Assembly: GCA_938042355.1 (NCBI GenBank)
Contig: CALIRD010000114.1
Span: 1-47,989, forward strand
Length of the DNA: 47,989 bases
DNA from: an uncultured Thiotrichales bacterium
Lineage (GTDB): Bacteria > Pseudomonadota > Gammaproteobacteria > CAZUMV01
Direction of reading: 5' to 3'
Below, piece by piece: positions 26,892-36,384 of this stretch (the first letter of the stretch is position 1; every line of letters starts with the position of its first letter). The notes beneath the pieces are model-generated. The model was not told the DNA's origin, made no database searches, and saw only the letters and a list, made by a program, of their open reading frames with translations. The translations under genes were made by a program, and so were the position numbers.

Positions 26892-28583
26892 ATGAACAAC
26901 ACTGCCCTGATTCACTCTATCCGTAACGCGGTGATCGGTGAACGCTCCATTCTCAACACGACCTTTGGATCCAAGCCATTAGTTTATGCCGACTACACAG
27001 CATCCGGTAGAAGTCTGAGTTTTATCGAACAATACATACAAAATAAAGTTTTACCTTATTACGCTAACACCCATACCGAAACCTCTTACACTGGTGCACA
27101 AAGTACGGCACTCCGCGAACAAGCCCGTGAGATCATTCGACAGGCTATTAACGCACGTGCAGAGGATCAAATTATTTTTTGCGGTGCGGGTGCCACGGCC
27201 GCCGTCAATAAGTTAATTGATATTCTCAATATCAAATTACCAGCTGATCTGGATAGACAATACAAGCTCAAACAATCAATACCTGAAGAACAAAGACCCG
27301 TTATCTTCATCGGTCCTTATGAGCACCATAGCAACGAGTTACCCTGGCGTGAAACCATTGCAGATGTAGTGAGAATCCCGCTAAACTCTAGCGGCAAAAT
27401 CGATCAGAAAATACTGACAACAAAACTTCAACAGTACCACTCCAGACCCCTAAAAATCGGTAGCTTTTCTGCCGCATCAAATGTCACCGGGATAAAAAGT
27501 GAGGTTGATACTATCTCGGCACTGTTGCATGCGTACGACGCGTACAGCTTTTGGGACTATGCAGCAGCAGCCCCGTATATCGCTCTTGATATGAACCCTG
27601 ACATGCAGCATGAAAGTTTCAAGGATGCTGCTTTTATCTCTCCCCACAAGTTTGTGGGCGGGCCAGGTACACCCGGTATACTGGTTGTCAAACAATCACT
27701 TTTAAAAAACAGTGTACCTGCCGTTCCTGGTGGCGGCACGGTTCGTTATGTGACACCGGATGATCATCAGTATCTTGATGATGCAGAACGACGCGAAGAA
27801 GGTGGCACGCCGGGTATTGTTGAATCTGTCCGGGCCGGCCTCGTGTTCAAGCTACAACAGGAAGTCGGTCTGGATAAGATTGAAGAACTGGAGCATTCGT
27901 TTACCCAACGAGCTTTGAATCGACTCAAAACAATCGACAACCTTGAAATCCTCGGCAATCAGGAATGTGATCGTCTGGCAATTTTTTCTTTACGTTTCAA
28001 GCATGCTGATAAAGATCTACACTACGGTTTTGTTGTTGCTTTGTTAAATGATTTATTTGGTATACAAGCACGAGGCGGCTGTTCTTGTGCCGGCCCATAT
28101 GGTCACGAATTGCTGGGGATGGATATTGCACACAGTAAGGCACTGGAAGCCGAACTAGGCAATGGCTTGATGATTATGAGGCCGGGTTGGGTTCGACTTA
28201 ATTTCAATTACTTTATCGATGAAGAGACCTTTTCCTACCTACTCGATGCGCTGGAACTCATTGCTATGCACGGATGGCGTTTGCTGCCGTACTATAAATT
28301 CAATACCGATAGTGGTAATTGGTGTTTCCAAAATAGAAAACCCGAAATGGCTACCGATATAAAGGAAGTGCGTATAGAAGAACTAAATATGAATAATTCC
28401 GCAGCTGGAATTTACAGCGAGCCTTTACATAAAATGCTCCAACTGGCAGAAAAAGAACTGACTTATCAGCGACAGGAAGAGCAAAGATTCACTGTAGACT
28501 TGCCTGCCAGCGCAGAGAAGCTCAGATGGTTTGTTCTACCACAAGAGATTGAAGTGCACATTGATAGCCGCCAGAGCGCATAA
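26892..28583 (+). CDS. Aminotransferase class V PLP enzyme, cysteine desulfurase-like
   Basis: YADYTASGR, YANTHTE, EHHSNELPW, WDYAAAAP, SPHKF (PLP Lys), GGTPGI, RGGCSCAGPY. Confidence 0.85.
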   Translation: MNNTALIHSIRNAVIGERSILNTTFGSKPLVYADYTASGRSLSFIEQYIQNKVLPYYANTHTETSYTGAQSTALREQAREIIRQAINARAEDQIIFCGAGATAAVNKLIDILNIKLPADLDRQYKLKQSIPEEQRPVIFIGPYEHHSNELPWRETIADVVRIPLNSSGKIDQKILTTKLQQYHSRPLKIGSFSAASNVTGIKSEVDTISALLHAYDAYSFWDYAAAAPYIALDMNPDMQHESFKDAAFISPHKFVGGPGTPGILVVKQSLLKNSVPAVPGGGTVRYVTPDDHQYLDDAERREEGGTPGIVESVRAGLVFKLQQEVGLDKIEELEHSFTQRALNRLKTIDNLEILGNQECDRLAIFSLRFKHADKDLHYGFVVALLNDLFGIQARGGCSCAGPYGHELLGMDIAHSKALEAELGNGLMIMRPGWVRLNFNYFIDEETFSYLLDALELIAMHGWRLLPYYKFNTDSGNWCFQNRKPEMATDIKEVRIEELNMNNSAAGIYSEPLHKMLQLAEKELTYQRQEEQRFTVDLPASAEKLRWFVLPQEIEVHIDSRQSA

Positions 28584-28595
28584 TTTTCCAAGTCG

Positions 28596-28613
28596 GTGAG
28601 AACGGATTCTCAC
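28596..28613. terminator. Possible hairpin between convergent genes
   Basis: GTGAGAA-CGGA-TTCTCAC 7-bp stem; no clear adjacent U-tract. Confidence 0.25.
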
Positions 28614-29428
28614 AAGTTAAAACGCGCGCAGGTGCAACCGACTGCAAAAATCGGTATCGGTGCAAAAAAATGTACATCAGCGGTAGCGCCTTTTGCTGCA
28701 GCGGCTGCAGCAATAAAGGTGCGAATCTCAAACCCGCCCTGCCCGGCATCGTTGTACGTTTCTACATCGTCATAGGCCAGCATTGCGTCCTTGTCATTGC
28801 GCTTGAATTTCTCAAGGAATTCACGATCCCAAGCCTCGTTAATTTTTCCTGAATCGGGTGTGGCTGGCCAATGTGAAATTCCGCCAGTACCCACTAAAGC
28901 CACTTTTTCGGGCACCGCATCGCAAGCGCGTCTCAAGGCTTCACCAAATTCCCAGGCGCGATGCAGCGGTGTAAGTGGTGGACCCTGACAGTTTATATTT
29001 ACGGGAATGATGGGCAAATCATATTCCGGGGTCAAAAAATGTAACGGTACCATAATGCCGTGATCAAACTTCCACTCCTCAGCGAATGCGGTGTCTACTG
29101 TCTGCATCACTTCCGAGATGATGCGCATCGACAGATCAGGCGTACCGGGCACTTTGTGCGGCTGTATCTTGAGCCATTCCGGATCTTCAATCGGCCCCTG
29201 ATATTCTTCACCCATGCCAATACAAAAGGCCGGCATATTATTCATGAAAAAATTGGCAAAATGTTCCGCACCCACGACGATCAAGGCCTCGGCACCCGAG
29301 TTTTTTATATCCTCAGACATTATTTGGAGATTGGCGTAAAACTCATCTCTGACGACTGGGTCGGCACGCTCGGCACGAGCAGTTATTCCAGGCGCATGAC
29401 TACAAACTCCAGCATAAACTAACGGCAT
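28610..29428 (-). CDS. Extradiol ring-cleavage dioxygenase, LigB-type catalytic subunit
   Basis: SHAPG, AEHFANFF, FDHG, GGISHWP and GFEIR match the LigB Fe ligands and catalytic His positions. Confidence 0.87.
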   Translation of the reverse strand: MPLVYAGVCSHAPGITARAERADPVVRDEFYANLQIMSEDIKNSGAEALIVVGAEHFANFFMNNMPAFCIGMGEEYQGPIEDPEWLKIQPHKVPGTPDLSMRIISEVMQTVDTAFAEEWKFDHGIMVPLHFLTPEYDLPIIPVNINCQGPPLTPLHRAWEFGEALRRACDAVPEKVALVGTGGISHWPATPDSGKINEAWDREFLEKFKRNDKDAMLAYDDVETYNDAGQGGFEIRTFIAAAAAAKGATADVHFFAPIPIFAVGCTCARFNL

Positions 29429-29775
29429 TAGTCCGACTCCTGCTTTACTTCGGATGCTTTGGTAAAGTTATCACCACCGCCGGTCATTGCGTATACACCG
29501 GCACGCACGGGCCCATGCGCGGTAACGCCATCACGCATTGATTGCAGATAGTCGTCCCATTCAATTTTATGAAAGGCAGCAAAGTGCATCAGTATTTGAC
29601 CGTTCACACCCAACACATACAACAAACCTATATCAGGCTTTATTAATGCCAGACGCTCTTCTTCGCTGAGAGAGTATTTTTCCAGCAAGCTATCAACATC
29701 CTCCAGATACTGTTGCTGTACGGCGGGATCGCGGTTTAATTCGTACAATACTTTTTGCAAATAATACAAACTCAT
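29428..29775 (-). CDS. LigA-type small subunit of extradiol dioxygenase
   Basis: Start reassigned to ATG 29775 (MSLYYLQK). YLEDVDSLLEKYSLSEEERLAL...LYVLGVNGQILM; TAATG-coupled to the LigB-type gene. Confidence 0.8.
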   Translation of the reverse strand: MSLYYLQKVLYELNRDPAVQQQYLEDVDSLLEKYSLSEEERLALIKPDIGLLYVLGVNGQILMHFAAFHKIEWDDYLQSMRDGVTAHGPVRAGVYAMTGGGDNFTKASEVKQESD

Positions 29776-29776
29776 A

Positions 29777-30574
29777 TCAGTATCCTGCCGACTTTTCGCT
29801 ATCCACATAACTAATAAAGTCCGCTGCCAGTTGTTTCGTGGCATTGGCTAGCAAAGCGGCATCGACGCCCACTCCAATAAAACTGGCATTCGCAGCCACA
29901 TAGGTTTCCACCAACTCTTTCGTCACCGCTAAAACACCAGCATGCTTACCTGCGCTAATGATTGTCGAAAAAGCACTTTCAATCGCACTAATCACCTCAG
30001 GGTGGCCAGGGTTACCAATGTAGCCCATCGAGGCCGACAAATCTGAAGGGCCAATGAAAACCGCATCAATGCCTTTAACGGCCACAATTTCATCAATATT
30101 TTTCAAGCCTTCAACAGATTCTATTTGCACAATCAAACAAATCTCTTCGTTTGCGTGTTGCAAATAATCCGGTGTACGGTTCCAGTTCGCTGCTCTGGCC
30201 ATTGAGGTGCCCAGACCACGAATACCCAATGGCGGATAATACGCCGCCCGCACCAATTGCTCGGCCTGTTCGGCTGAATCTACCATTGGAATTAATAATG
30301 TCTGCACACCAATATCAAGATATTGTTTGATCAATGCGGTTTGACCTTCAACAGGGCGAACAATGGTAGCAACTGGATACGGCGCAATGGCTTGTAAATG
30401 ATGTAACACAGAATTCAGATCGAACGGTCCGTGCTCAGCATCAATCAAGACCCAGTCAAACCCTGCTCCAGCTCCAATCTCGGCCACAGTGGTATCAGGT
30501 ATGCCCATCCATAAGCCAAACATCGGTTTTTCAGCGGATAAGGAGTGTTTAAAACTATTTTTCTTAATCGACAT
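29777..30574 (-). CDS. hpaI: 4-hydroxy-2-oxoheptanedioate aldolase (HpaI/HpcH family)
   Basis: GFDWVLIDAEHGP, IVRP, LIKQYLDIG, QIES, FIGPSDLSASMG; in hpa context. Confidence 0.88.
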   Translation of the reverse strand: MSIKKNSFKHSLSAEKPMFGLWMGIPDTTVAEIGAGAGFDWVLIDAEHGPFDLNSVLHHLQAIAPYPVATIVRPVEGQTALIKQYLDIGVQTLLIPMVDSAEQAEQLVRAAYYPPLGIRGLGTSMARAANWNRTPDYLQHANEEICLIVQIESVEGLKNIDEIVAVKGIDAVFIGPSDLSASMGYIGNPGHPEVISAIESAFSTIISAGKHAGVLAVTKELVETYVAANASFIGVGVDAALLANATKQLAADFISYVDSEKSAGY

Positions 30575-30583
30575 GACCCGAAC

Positions 30584-31387
30584 TCATATGAAATTGACAG
30601 AAATGTCGCCTAACGGCCCATATTCAGCGGTAATCTTATCACCTGCCTTGACCTTCACCGGTGCTGTAAACGAACCCGATAATAAAATTTGTCCTGGCTC
30701 CAGTGCAATATCATGCTTGGCAAAGCGTTTTGCAATCCAGCAAATACCATTCGCCGGATGATCCAGTACCGCTGCAGCCAGACCAGTTTGTTCAACCACA
30801 CCATTTTGTTTGACGATAGCGCCACACCAGCGCAAATCCAGTTCCGTTGCTGACACTTGATGGCCGCCCATAATTATACCGGCGTTAGCCGCGTTATCAG
30901 AGATCGTGTCGCAAACAGTTCTAGTATAGCCTGTCTCCGGATGAATACGGAAACTGCGCGCCGCAATCAACTCAAAGGCAGGCACAACATAATCGGTTGC
31001 GGCAATGACTTCTTCCCGGGTAACATTTTCACCAAACAATCGATCTTTAAGCACGAATGCCAGTTCTACTTCTATCTGCGGATCGGTAAAGTCTGCGGCA
31101 AGAATCTCACTACCATTTTCAAACACCATGTCGTCAAGCAACACGCCGTAATCCGGAGTTTCGATTTTCATGACTCGCTGCATCGCGCGCGAGGTTAAAC
31201 CGATCTTATAGCCAACCACTTTTCGACCATCATCGATTTTTTGATCCACCCAATTCGATTGTATGGCATAGGCATCCTCCATATTCATTTGCGGATGCGT
31301 CAAAGTCACCGGATCTATCTGGATACGGTCTTGCTCAGCCTGATAGAGGTCGGCGGCTGCTTTTTGTATTTCGCTTTCAGTCAGCAC
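30584..31387 (-). CDS. hpaH: 2-oxo-hept-4-ene-1,7-dioate hydratase
   Basis: GTG 31387 preferred (MLTESEIQ). GYKIGLTSRAMQ, PDYGVLLDDM, EVELAF, DTISDNAANAG, LSGSFT. Confidence 0.9.
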   Translation of the reverse strand: MLTESEIQKAAADLYQAEQDRIQIDPVTLTHPQMNMEDAYAIQSNWVDQKIDDGRKVVGYKIGLTSRAMQRVMKIETPDYGVLLDDMVFENGSEILAADFTDPQIEVELAFVLKDRLFGENVTREEVIAATDYVVPAFELIAARSFRIHPETGYTRTVCDTISDNAANAGIIMGGHQVSATELDLRWCGAIVKQNGVVEQTGLAAAVLDHPANGICWIAKRFAKHDIALEPGQILLSGSFTAPVKVKAGDKITAEYGPLGDISVNFI

Positions 31388-31766
31388 TGATATAGTCCGC
31401 GATATTGTTTTTGTTGAACTTGGTGACAGGCTCAAGCTCTTTCATCTCAAACGACAAAGCCATGCCATGCGAAGCGAAATGATCTTCAAAATGCTTGCTA
31501 TACACTGCGAACAACACGTCAGCGGCGCTCTTACGCTCTTCCAGAGAACGACCGACTCCCAACTTGATCTCTAAATGTGCAAAGGTATGCTCGGGATTCC
31601 CGTCAGCCATGCGGTATTGATGACAGACATAGGCGCGACCTCGGAGGCCTTTTCTTGGAAATAAACCGGTAGATTCTGCAGCATCGTGTAAATCGGCAAA
31701 CAATTGCTGAATTGACTCATCAGTCTCACCCAGGTTATCCGAGTACTCCAATATAAAATGTGCCAT
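31377..31766 (-). CDS. hpaF: 5-carboxymethyl-2-hydroxymuconate isomerase
   Basis: HFILEYSDNL, GLFP, LRGRA, YRMADG, GVGRS, LSFEMKE, KFNKNNI. Begins Met-Ala rather than Met-Pro. Confidence 0.83.
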   Translation of the reverse strand: MAHFILEYSDNLGETDESIQQLFADLHDAAESTGLFPRKGLRGRAYVCHQYRMADGNPEHTFAHLEIKLGVGRSLEERKSAADVLFAVYSKHFEDHFASHGMALSFEMKELEPVTKFNKNNIADYISAD

Positions 31767-31772
31767 CTTGTC

Positions 31773-33299
31773 TTATCCTTGATTAACGCCCAGCTTGGGA
31801 ATTCTATGAGTACCGTGGGCAATACACACGTTTTTGGTTTCCATATAAAAATCAAAACTGTAATCACCACCATCTCGACCAATGCCGGATGATTTCACAC
31901 CACCAAATGGTGAAGGTAGATTACGGTTGTTTTCTGAATTCACCCATACCATACCAACTTCCAAGCCATGCGCCATACGCAGACCTCGACTTGAATCGTT
32001 AGTCCACACGTATCCTGCCAATCCATACTGACTGTCGTTGGCGATCGCCAGCGCCTGCTCTTCAGTTTCAAACTCCAGAGCCGTTAATACTGGCCCGAAA
32101 ATTTCTTCCTGCGCAATACGCATATCATTTTTAGCACCACTAAAAAGCGTTGGTGCTACATAATTACCGGCACCCAAATCTGAAAGTCTGATTCCACCGG
32201 CAGCCACTTGTGCACCATCCTCTTTAGCGATATCGAAATAGCCCATCACCTTTTCCAAATGCCCGCTGTGTACTAACGGACCGATCTCGGTTGCAGGATC
32301 CAGAGGATGACCTACAGTGATGTTTGCGATGCGCTCTTTGAGCGCCTCCATGAATCTATCTTTGATACCAGATTGAATAATTAACCGGCTTGAAGATGTG
32401 CAACGCTGACCATTCAGACTGAAGATCATAAATACGACAGCATCCAGTGCGCGTTCAAAGTCGGCATCGTCAAAGACCACCACCGGATTTTTACCGCCCA
32501 GCTCCAGATGGATGCGTTTCAATGTGTCCGCGCCTTGTCTCATAATATGACGACCAGTCGTCGTATCGCCTACCAAGGCGACCGCTTTGATAGCGGGGTG
32601 CTCGGACACGTGTTTACCGGCTGTCTCACCAAAACCATTTACCATATTCCACACTCCATCAGGCAGTCCGGCTTCTTTGGAGATACCTGCCAATATGTGC
32701 GCGCTTAATGGCGATAACTCGGCTGGCTTATGCACCACGGTACAACCAGCAGCCAGTGCTGGTGCAATTTTCCAGGTCGACAACATAAACGGTGTATTCC
32801 AGGGAGTAATGATGCCAACCGGGCCGATGGGTGATCGCACCGTGAAGTTAGTGTGCTCATCCTGATGCGATGACAAACCATCTGCCGCTTCAACCGCTTT
32901 GTCAGCAAAAAAATGGAAGTTGGCAGCACCCCGTATCGCTGCTTTTTGCATAAATTTGATCGGCTGACCACAATCGACAGATTCCACCAGAGCAATTTCC
33001 TCAGCGCGTTCAACAATCTTGTCACCGAGACTATGTAACAGTTCCTGCCTATCCTTACCCTGCAACTCTTTCCATGCCACAAAAGCGGCCGCGGCCGCCT
33101 CGCAAGCCTGATCGACATCGGCAGTCGTACCAGCCACCACTTTTCCTAATCCACTGTTGTCCACCGGCGTAAAGTTGTCAAAAGTTTCGGCTCCCTCTGG
33201 CACGACATAATTGCCATTAATGAAATGTCCCGTGAGATTATCAGCGTAGTTTGCCAGATAACCTTTGGCGGCAGCCAGATTGTGATCAAGTGTTTTCAT
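31773..33299 (-). CDS. hpaE: 5-carboxymethyl-2-hydroxymuconate semialdehyde dehydrogenase
   Basis: ITPWNTPFMLSTWKIAPALAAG, LELGGKNP, FSLNGQRCT, EEIFGPV, GIGRDGGDYSFDFY. Confidence 0.9.
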   Translation of the reverse strand: MKTLDHNLAAAKGYLANYADNLTGHFINGNYVVPEGAETFDNFTPVDNSGLGKVVAGTTADVDQACEAAAAAFVAWKELQGKDRQELLHSLGDKIVERAEEIALVESVDCGQPIKFMQKAAIRGAANFHFFADKAVEAADGLSSHQDEHTNFTVRSPIGPVGIITPWNTPFMLSTWKIAPALAAGCTVVHKPAELSPLSAHILAGISKEAGLPDGVWNMVNGFGETAGKHVSEHPAIKAVALVGDTTTGRHIMRQGADTLKRIHLELGGKNPVVVFDDADFERALDAVVFMIFSLNGQRCTSSSRLIIQSGIKDRFMEALKERIANITVGHPLDPATEIGPLVHSGHLEKVMGYFDIAKEDGAQVAAGGIRLSDLGAGNYVAPTLFSGAKNDMRIAQEEIFGPVLTALEFETEEQALAIANDSQYGLAGYVWTNDSSRGLRMAHGLEVGMVWVNSENNRNLPSPFGGVKSSGIGRDGGDYSFDFYMETKNVCIAHGTHRIPKLGVNQG

Positions 33300-33350
33300 A
33301 GCGTTTCCTCTACTTTAAGCCTGTTTCTGCATGGTTATCGCACTATTTTA

Positions 33351-33405
33351 TTAACACGTTAACTATTATTGTTAACATGTTAAGTGGTTTGCTATACAAT
33401 TGCAA
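33351..33405. promoter_or_regulatory. Two HpaR-type operators overlapping divergent sigma70 promoters
   Basis: TTAACACGTTAA (33351-33362) and perfect TTAACATGTTAA (33372-33383). Plus strand TTAACA-N17-TACAAT (33372-33400); minus strand TTGCAA-N17-TAACAT (33405-33377). Confidence 0.72.
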
Positions 33406-33466
33406 CTCGACCAGCCTCAAGAATATGGTTTCTCAGGCTACTACATAATGACAACAGGGGTGGTGT

Positions 33467-34330
33467 ATGAGATTTATTACCTATAGCTTTGCAGACAAAA
33501 TTTCCTGGGGCGCGTTAGATAAAGACGATCGGGTTATTGATCTGGGCGCTGCACTTGGTGGCGACTTGCAATCCACCATCACGAATAATCAATTAGCGCA
33601 TGCCAGAGAAGTCGCCAGTGAAACAAGCGGCAGCATCAAGCTGGAAGACGTAACACTGATGGCTCCTATCTCCAATCCGGGCAAAGTTGCCTGCATCGGC
33701 GTTAACTATGCCAATCGCAATGCTGAATATAAAGATGGCTCCGAGGCACCAAAATTTCCCAGTCTGTTTATGCGCGTTCCCGAGTCTTTGACAGCGCATG
33801 GGCAACCACTGTGGCGTCCACCGGAATCCGAGCAACTCGATTACGAAGGCGAAATTGTTCTGATTATTGGCAAAGCAGGCCGACGAATCACCGAGGAAAA
33901 TGCCTATGACCACATTGCCGGACTTACCATCATGAACGAAGGTACACTGCGTGACTGGGTGCGACATGCCAAGTTCAATGTTACCCAAGGCAAAAACTTC
34001 TGTAACTCCGGGGCGATAGGTCCCTGGATGGTTTCTGCTGATGAGTTCAGCGCTGCCGACTATGAGGATATGCAAGTCACCACAACGGTTAACGGTGAAG
34101 TGCGTCAAGACGATACTACGGCCAACATGATGTTTCCGATCAAATACATTATTAGTTATATTTCTCAATTCTTTCATCTACAACCCGGCGATGTGATAGC
34201 GACGGGCACACCTAATGGGGCCGGCGCACGCTTTGACCCCCCAAAGTATCTGGTGCCCGGAGATGTCATTGAAGTCACAGTAAATGGCGTTGGCACGCTC
34301 AGCAATGGCGTGATTGATGAGCCTCTCTAA
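33467..34330 (+). CDS. Fumarylacetoacetate hydrolase family protein, HpaG-like decarboxylase/isomerase
   Basis: CIGVNY, LDYEGE, NEGTLRDW, TQGKNF, GPW, LQPGDVIATGTP; divergent from hpaE. Single FAH domain. Confidence 0.82.
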   Translation: MRFITYSFADKISWGALDKDDRVIDLGAALGGDLQSTITNNQLAHAREVASETSGSIKLEDVTLMAPISNPGKVACIGVNYANRNAEYKDGSEAPKFPSLFMRVPESLTAHGQPLWRPPESEQLDYEGEIVLIIGKAGRRITEENAYDHIAGLTIMNEGTLRDWVRHAKFNVTQGKNFCNSGAIGPWMVSADEFSAADYEDMQVTTTVNGEVRQDDTTANMMFPIKYIISYISQFFHLQPGDVIATGTPNGAGARFDPPKYLVPGDVIEVTVNGVGTLSNGVIDEPL

Positions 34331-34811
34331 AAAAGACCCTGATAATAACGACGAGCAGTCAAAAAAATCCAGGCTGCTTAGTTTTGACCGGTCATTACCG
34401 ATGACCTTGTTGCGCGCACGCGAAGTTGTAATGGCTGAGTTCATTCCAGCACTCCAGCAACATGGCTTGTCACCACAACAGTGGCGTACCTTGAGAGTAT
34501 TGGAACAAGAAGACGGCTTGGATATGTCAGAAGTGGCTAAAAGGTGTCACCTGTTACTGCCGAGCATGTCTCGCATTATCCAGAATCTGGAATCACGAGA
34601 GTTGATATCTCGCCAAAGTGTAGCGGATGATCAACGCAAAAACGCCCTGTTCATCACCCAACAAGGACTGGCCCTGTTCGCAGTAATTGCACCTAAATCT
34701 GCCGAACGTTATGAAATCATCACCCGTCAGTTCGGGGAAGACAAGTTGGAGCAACTCTACCAGCTACTCGAGAATTTAATCACAACGCTGGAAGATCAAG
34801 AATCACCCTGA
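34317..34811 (+). CDS. hpaR: Homoprotocatechuate operon regulator HpaR (MarR family), copy 1
   Basis: SLPMTLLRAREVVM, GLSPQQWRTLRVL, LLPSMSRII, DDQR. Confidence 0.85.
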   Translation: MSLSKKDPDNNDEQSKKSRLLSFDRSLPMTLLRAREVVMAEFIPALQQHGLSPQQWRTLRVLEQEDGLDMSEVAKRCHLLLPSMSRIIQNLESRELISRQSVADDQRKNALFITQQGLALFAVIAPKSAERYEIITRQFGEDKLEQLYQLLENLITTLEDQESP

Positions 34812-34815
34812 ATAA

Positions 34816-35907
34816 CTAAATTATTGCATTGCGAATCTTGATCTCTTTACGAGGATATTTTTCTCGCTCTTCTTTGATCATACGATCCCAGACTTTTCTA
34901 AAATGCATGAACGGTCTATCTGCAGTTAACATACGCGGCTGGAATGGCTCACTATTTTCCAGTAACACCTGTTGCTGCTCGATCAAGACCTTATCTTCCA
35001 TAAACCCGGCTAACAAACTGTCCCGCAGGGAAATTGTGGTAGCCTCATTATCAAGATCATAATTTCTCATATAGCACCACCAAAAGTGTGTGGTGCTCCG
35101 TGTTTCCGGGGTCATGAACTGACAGTTTCGGTATTCTCTGACTTTATCGGTATCACCGCTGTCAGGATCCCAACCAACCGGTGCGAAGGTAGTCTCCATA
35201 AAAAATACGCCGGGCGTATAAATCGTCACCACATTACGGCGATCAACCTTAGCCTCACCCTCTGGACTTACTACAGAATGGTATGGAGGTGGTGCCGAGT
35301 TCTTATGCCAACGCGTCCATTGAAATCCATTATAATACTTTTCGATGTCCTGATGCGTCGATTGATAGGCGTACTCTTCAGAACCACCCAATGTATTTGG
35401 GTGCACAAACGCCAAATGCGAAAAGTCCGCCAGATTATCAATGATCATCATCCAGTTAGCGTCATAGTGAATTTGTTGTTCAAGACCGACATAGGCCGGA
35501 TCAGACAGAGGAGCATAGTCGTGAATGTCATCCGGGTTTGCTAATTCGGAGTCGCCCATCCAGATCCACAACATGCCACTCTTCTCAACCAGTGGATAGC
35601 TCGGCACTACAAAATTCTCTCCAATTAAATCCTGACCGGGTATTTCGATACATTTGCCTTCTGAGTCATACTTCATGCCGTGATACATACAGCGGATACA
35701 ATCACCTTCGATACGCCCTAATGACAAGGGCGCAGCACGATGACAACAACGGTTGTCCATGGCAACGTAGTTACCGCTTTCACCTCGATACATGACTACC
35801 GGCTTTTCCAGAAAGGTACGCGCCAGTGGCTTACCGTCTTCAATCTCGGATGCCCAGCCAGCGTTGTACCAACAGTTATAAACAAACAACTCTTCAGGTG
35901 TTTTCAT
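34816..35907 (-). CDS. Rieske non-heme iron oxygenase, VanA/DdmC (O-demethylase)-like
   Basis: NCWY, Rieske CCHR...CMYHG, mononuclear Fe site DNLADFSHLAFVH and EDK, TPETRSTTHFWW. Confidence 0.87.
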   Translation of the reverse strand: MKTPEELFVYNCWYNAGWASEIEDGKPLARTFLEKPVVMYRGESGNYVAMDNRCCHRAAPLSLGRIEGDCIRCMYHGMKYDSEGKCIEIPGQDLIGENFVVPSYPLVEKSGMLWIWMGDSELANPDDIHDYAPLSDPAYVGLEQQIHYDANWMMIIDNLADFSHLAFVHPNTLGGSEEYAYQSTHQDIEKYYNGFQWTRWHKNSAPPPYHSVVSPEGEAKVDRRNVVTIYTPGVFFMETTFAPVGWDPDSGDTDKVREYRNCQFMTPETRSTTHFWWCYMRNYDLDNEATTISLRDSLLAGFMEDKVLIEQQQVLLENSEPFQPRMLTADRPFMHFRKVWDRMIKEEREKYPRKEIKIRNAII

Positions 35908-35917
35908 ACGCTCACTC

Positions 35918-36379
35918 CTATTTTTTCATGGCTATTTTCTGCGTAGCCTGTGCTTCTGTGTTATCAATTATTTGTTGCAAGGTATTCATCATGATCTGCC
36001 AGTCGTAAGGTTTTATGCCCGATGCAATACGTGCATAACACTCATCCACCAACGGTTGGATTTTTTCCTCGAGACGGCGTCCTTTTGCAGTGGTACTAAT
36101 GCGTACGCTGCGCCTGTCTGAGGTGGATCGAATACGTTTCAGCAATCCCTTGTCTTCCATTCTATCAATGATGCCAACCAGACTGGGTTTGGGTAACAAG
36201 GTTTGCTTCGATATATCGCTGAGCTTGATGCCATTCTCATGCCACAACACGCGCAAGATACGCCACTGTTGTTCAGTAAGATCAAACGCTTTGAATACTG
36301 TCCGGAATTCTGGCAGCACGCTATCCAGCGTGCGGTTCATCATCATCGGCAAAGAGTGGGAGAAGTCCTGCATAAACAC
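35918..36379 (-). CDS. hpaR: HpaR-like MarR regulator, copy 2 (GTG 36379 or ATG 36373)
   Basis: SLPMMMNRTLD, DLTEQQWRILRVLW, PSLVGIIDRME, SDRR. Confidence 0.72.
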   Translation of the reverse strand: MFMQDFSHSLPMMMNRTLDSVLPEFRTVFKAFDLTEQQWRILRVLWHENGIKLSDISKQTLLPKPSLVGIIDRMEDKGLLKRIRSTSDRRSVRISTTAKGRRLEEKIQPLVDECYARIASGIKPYDWQIMMNTLQQIIDNTEAQATQKIAMKK

Positions 36380-36384
36380 CGTAA

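Noticed and set aside
29776-29844. Extended start of the LigA-like ORF
   Set aside because: It overlaps the hpaI 3' end. ATG 29775 directly follows the hpaI stop and gives a normal small-subunit size.
31388-31435. Extended start of hpaH
   Set aside because: It overlaps hpaF by too much; GTG 31387 matches the HpaH N-terminus.
33593-34177. 194-aa antisense ORF, and the many other short ORFs nested in or antisense to called genes
   Set aside because: They are shadows of well-supported genes and show no recognisable motifs.
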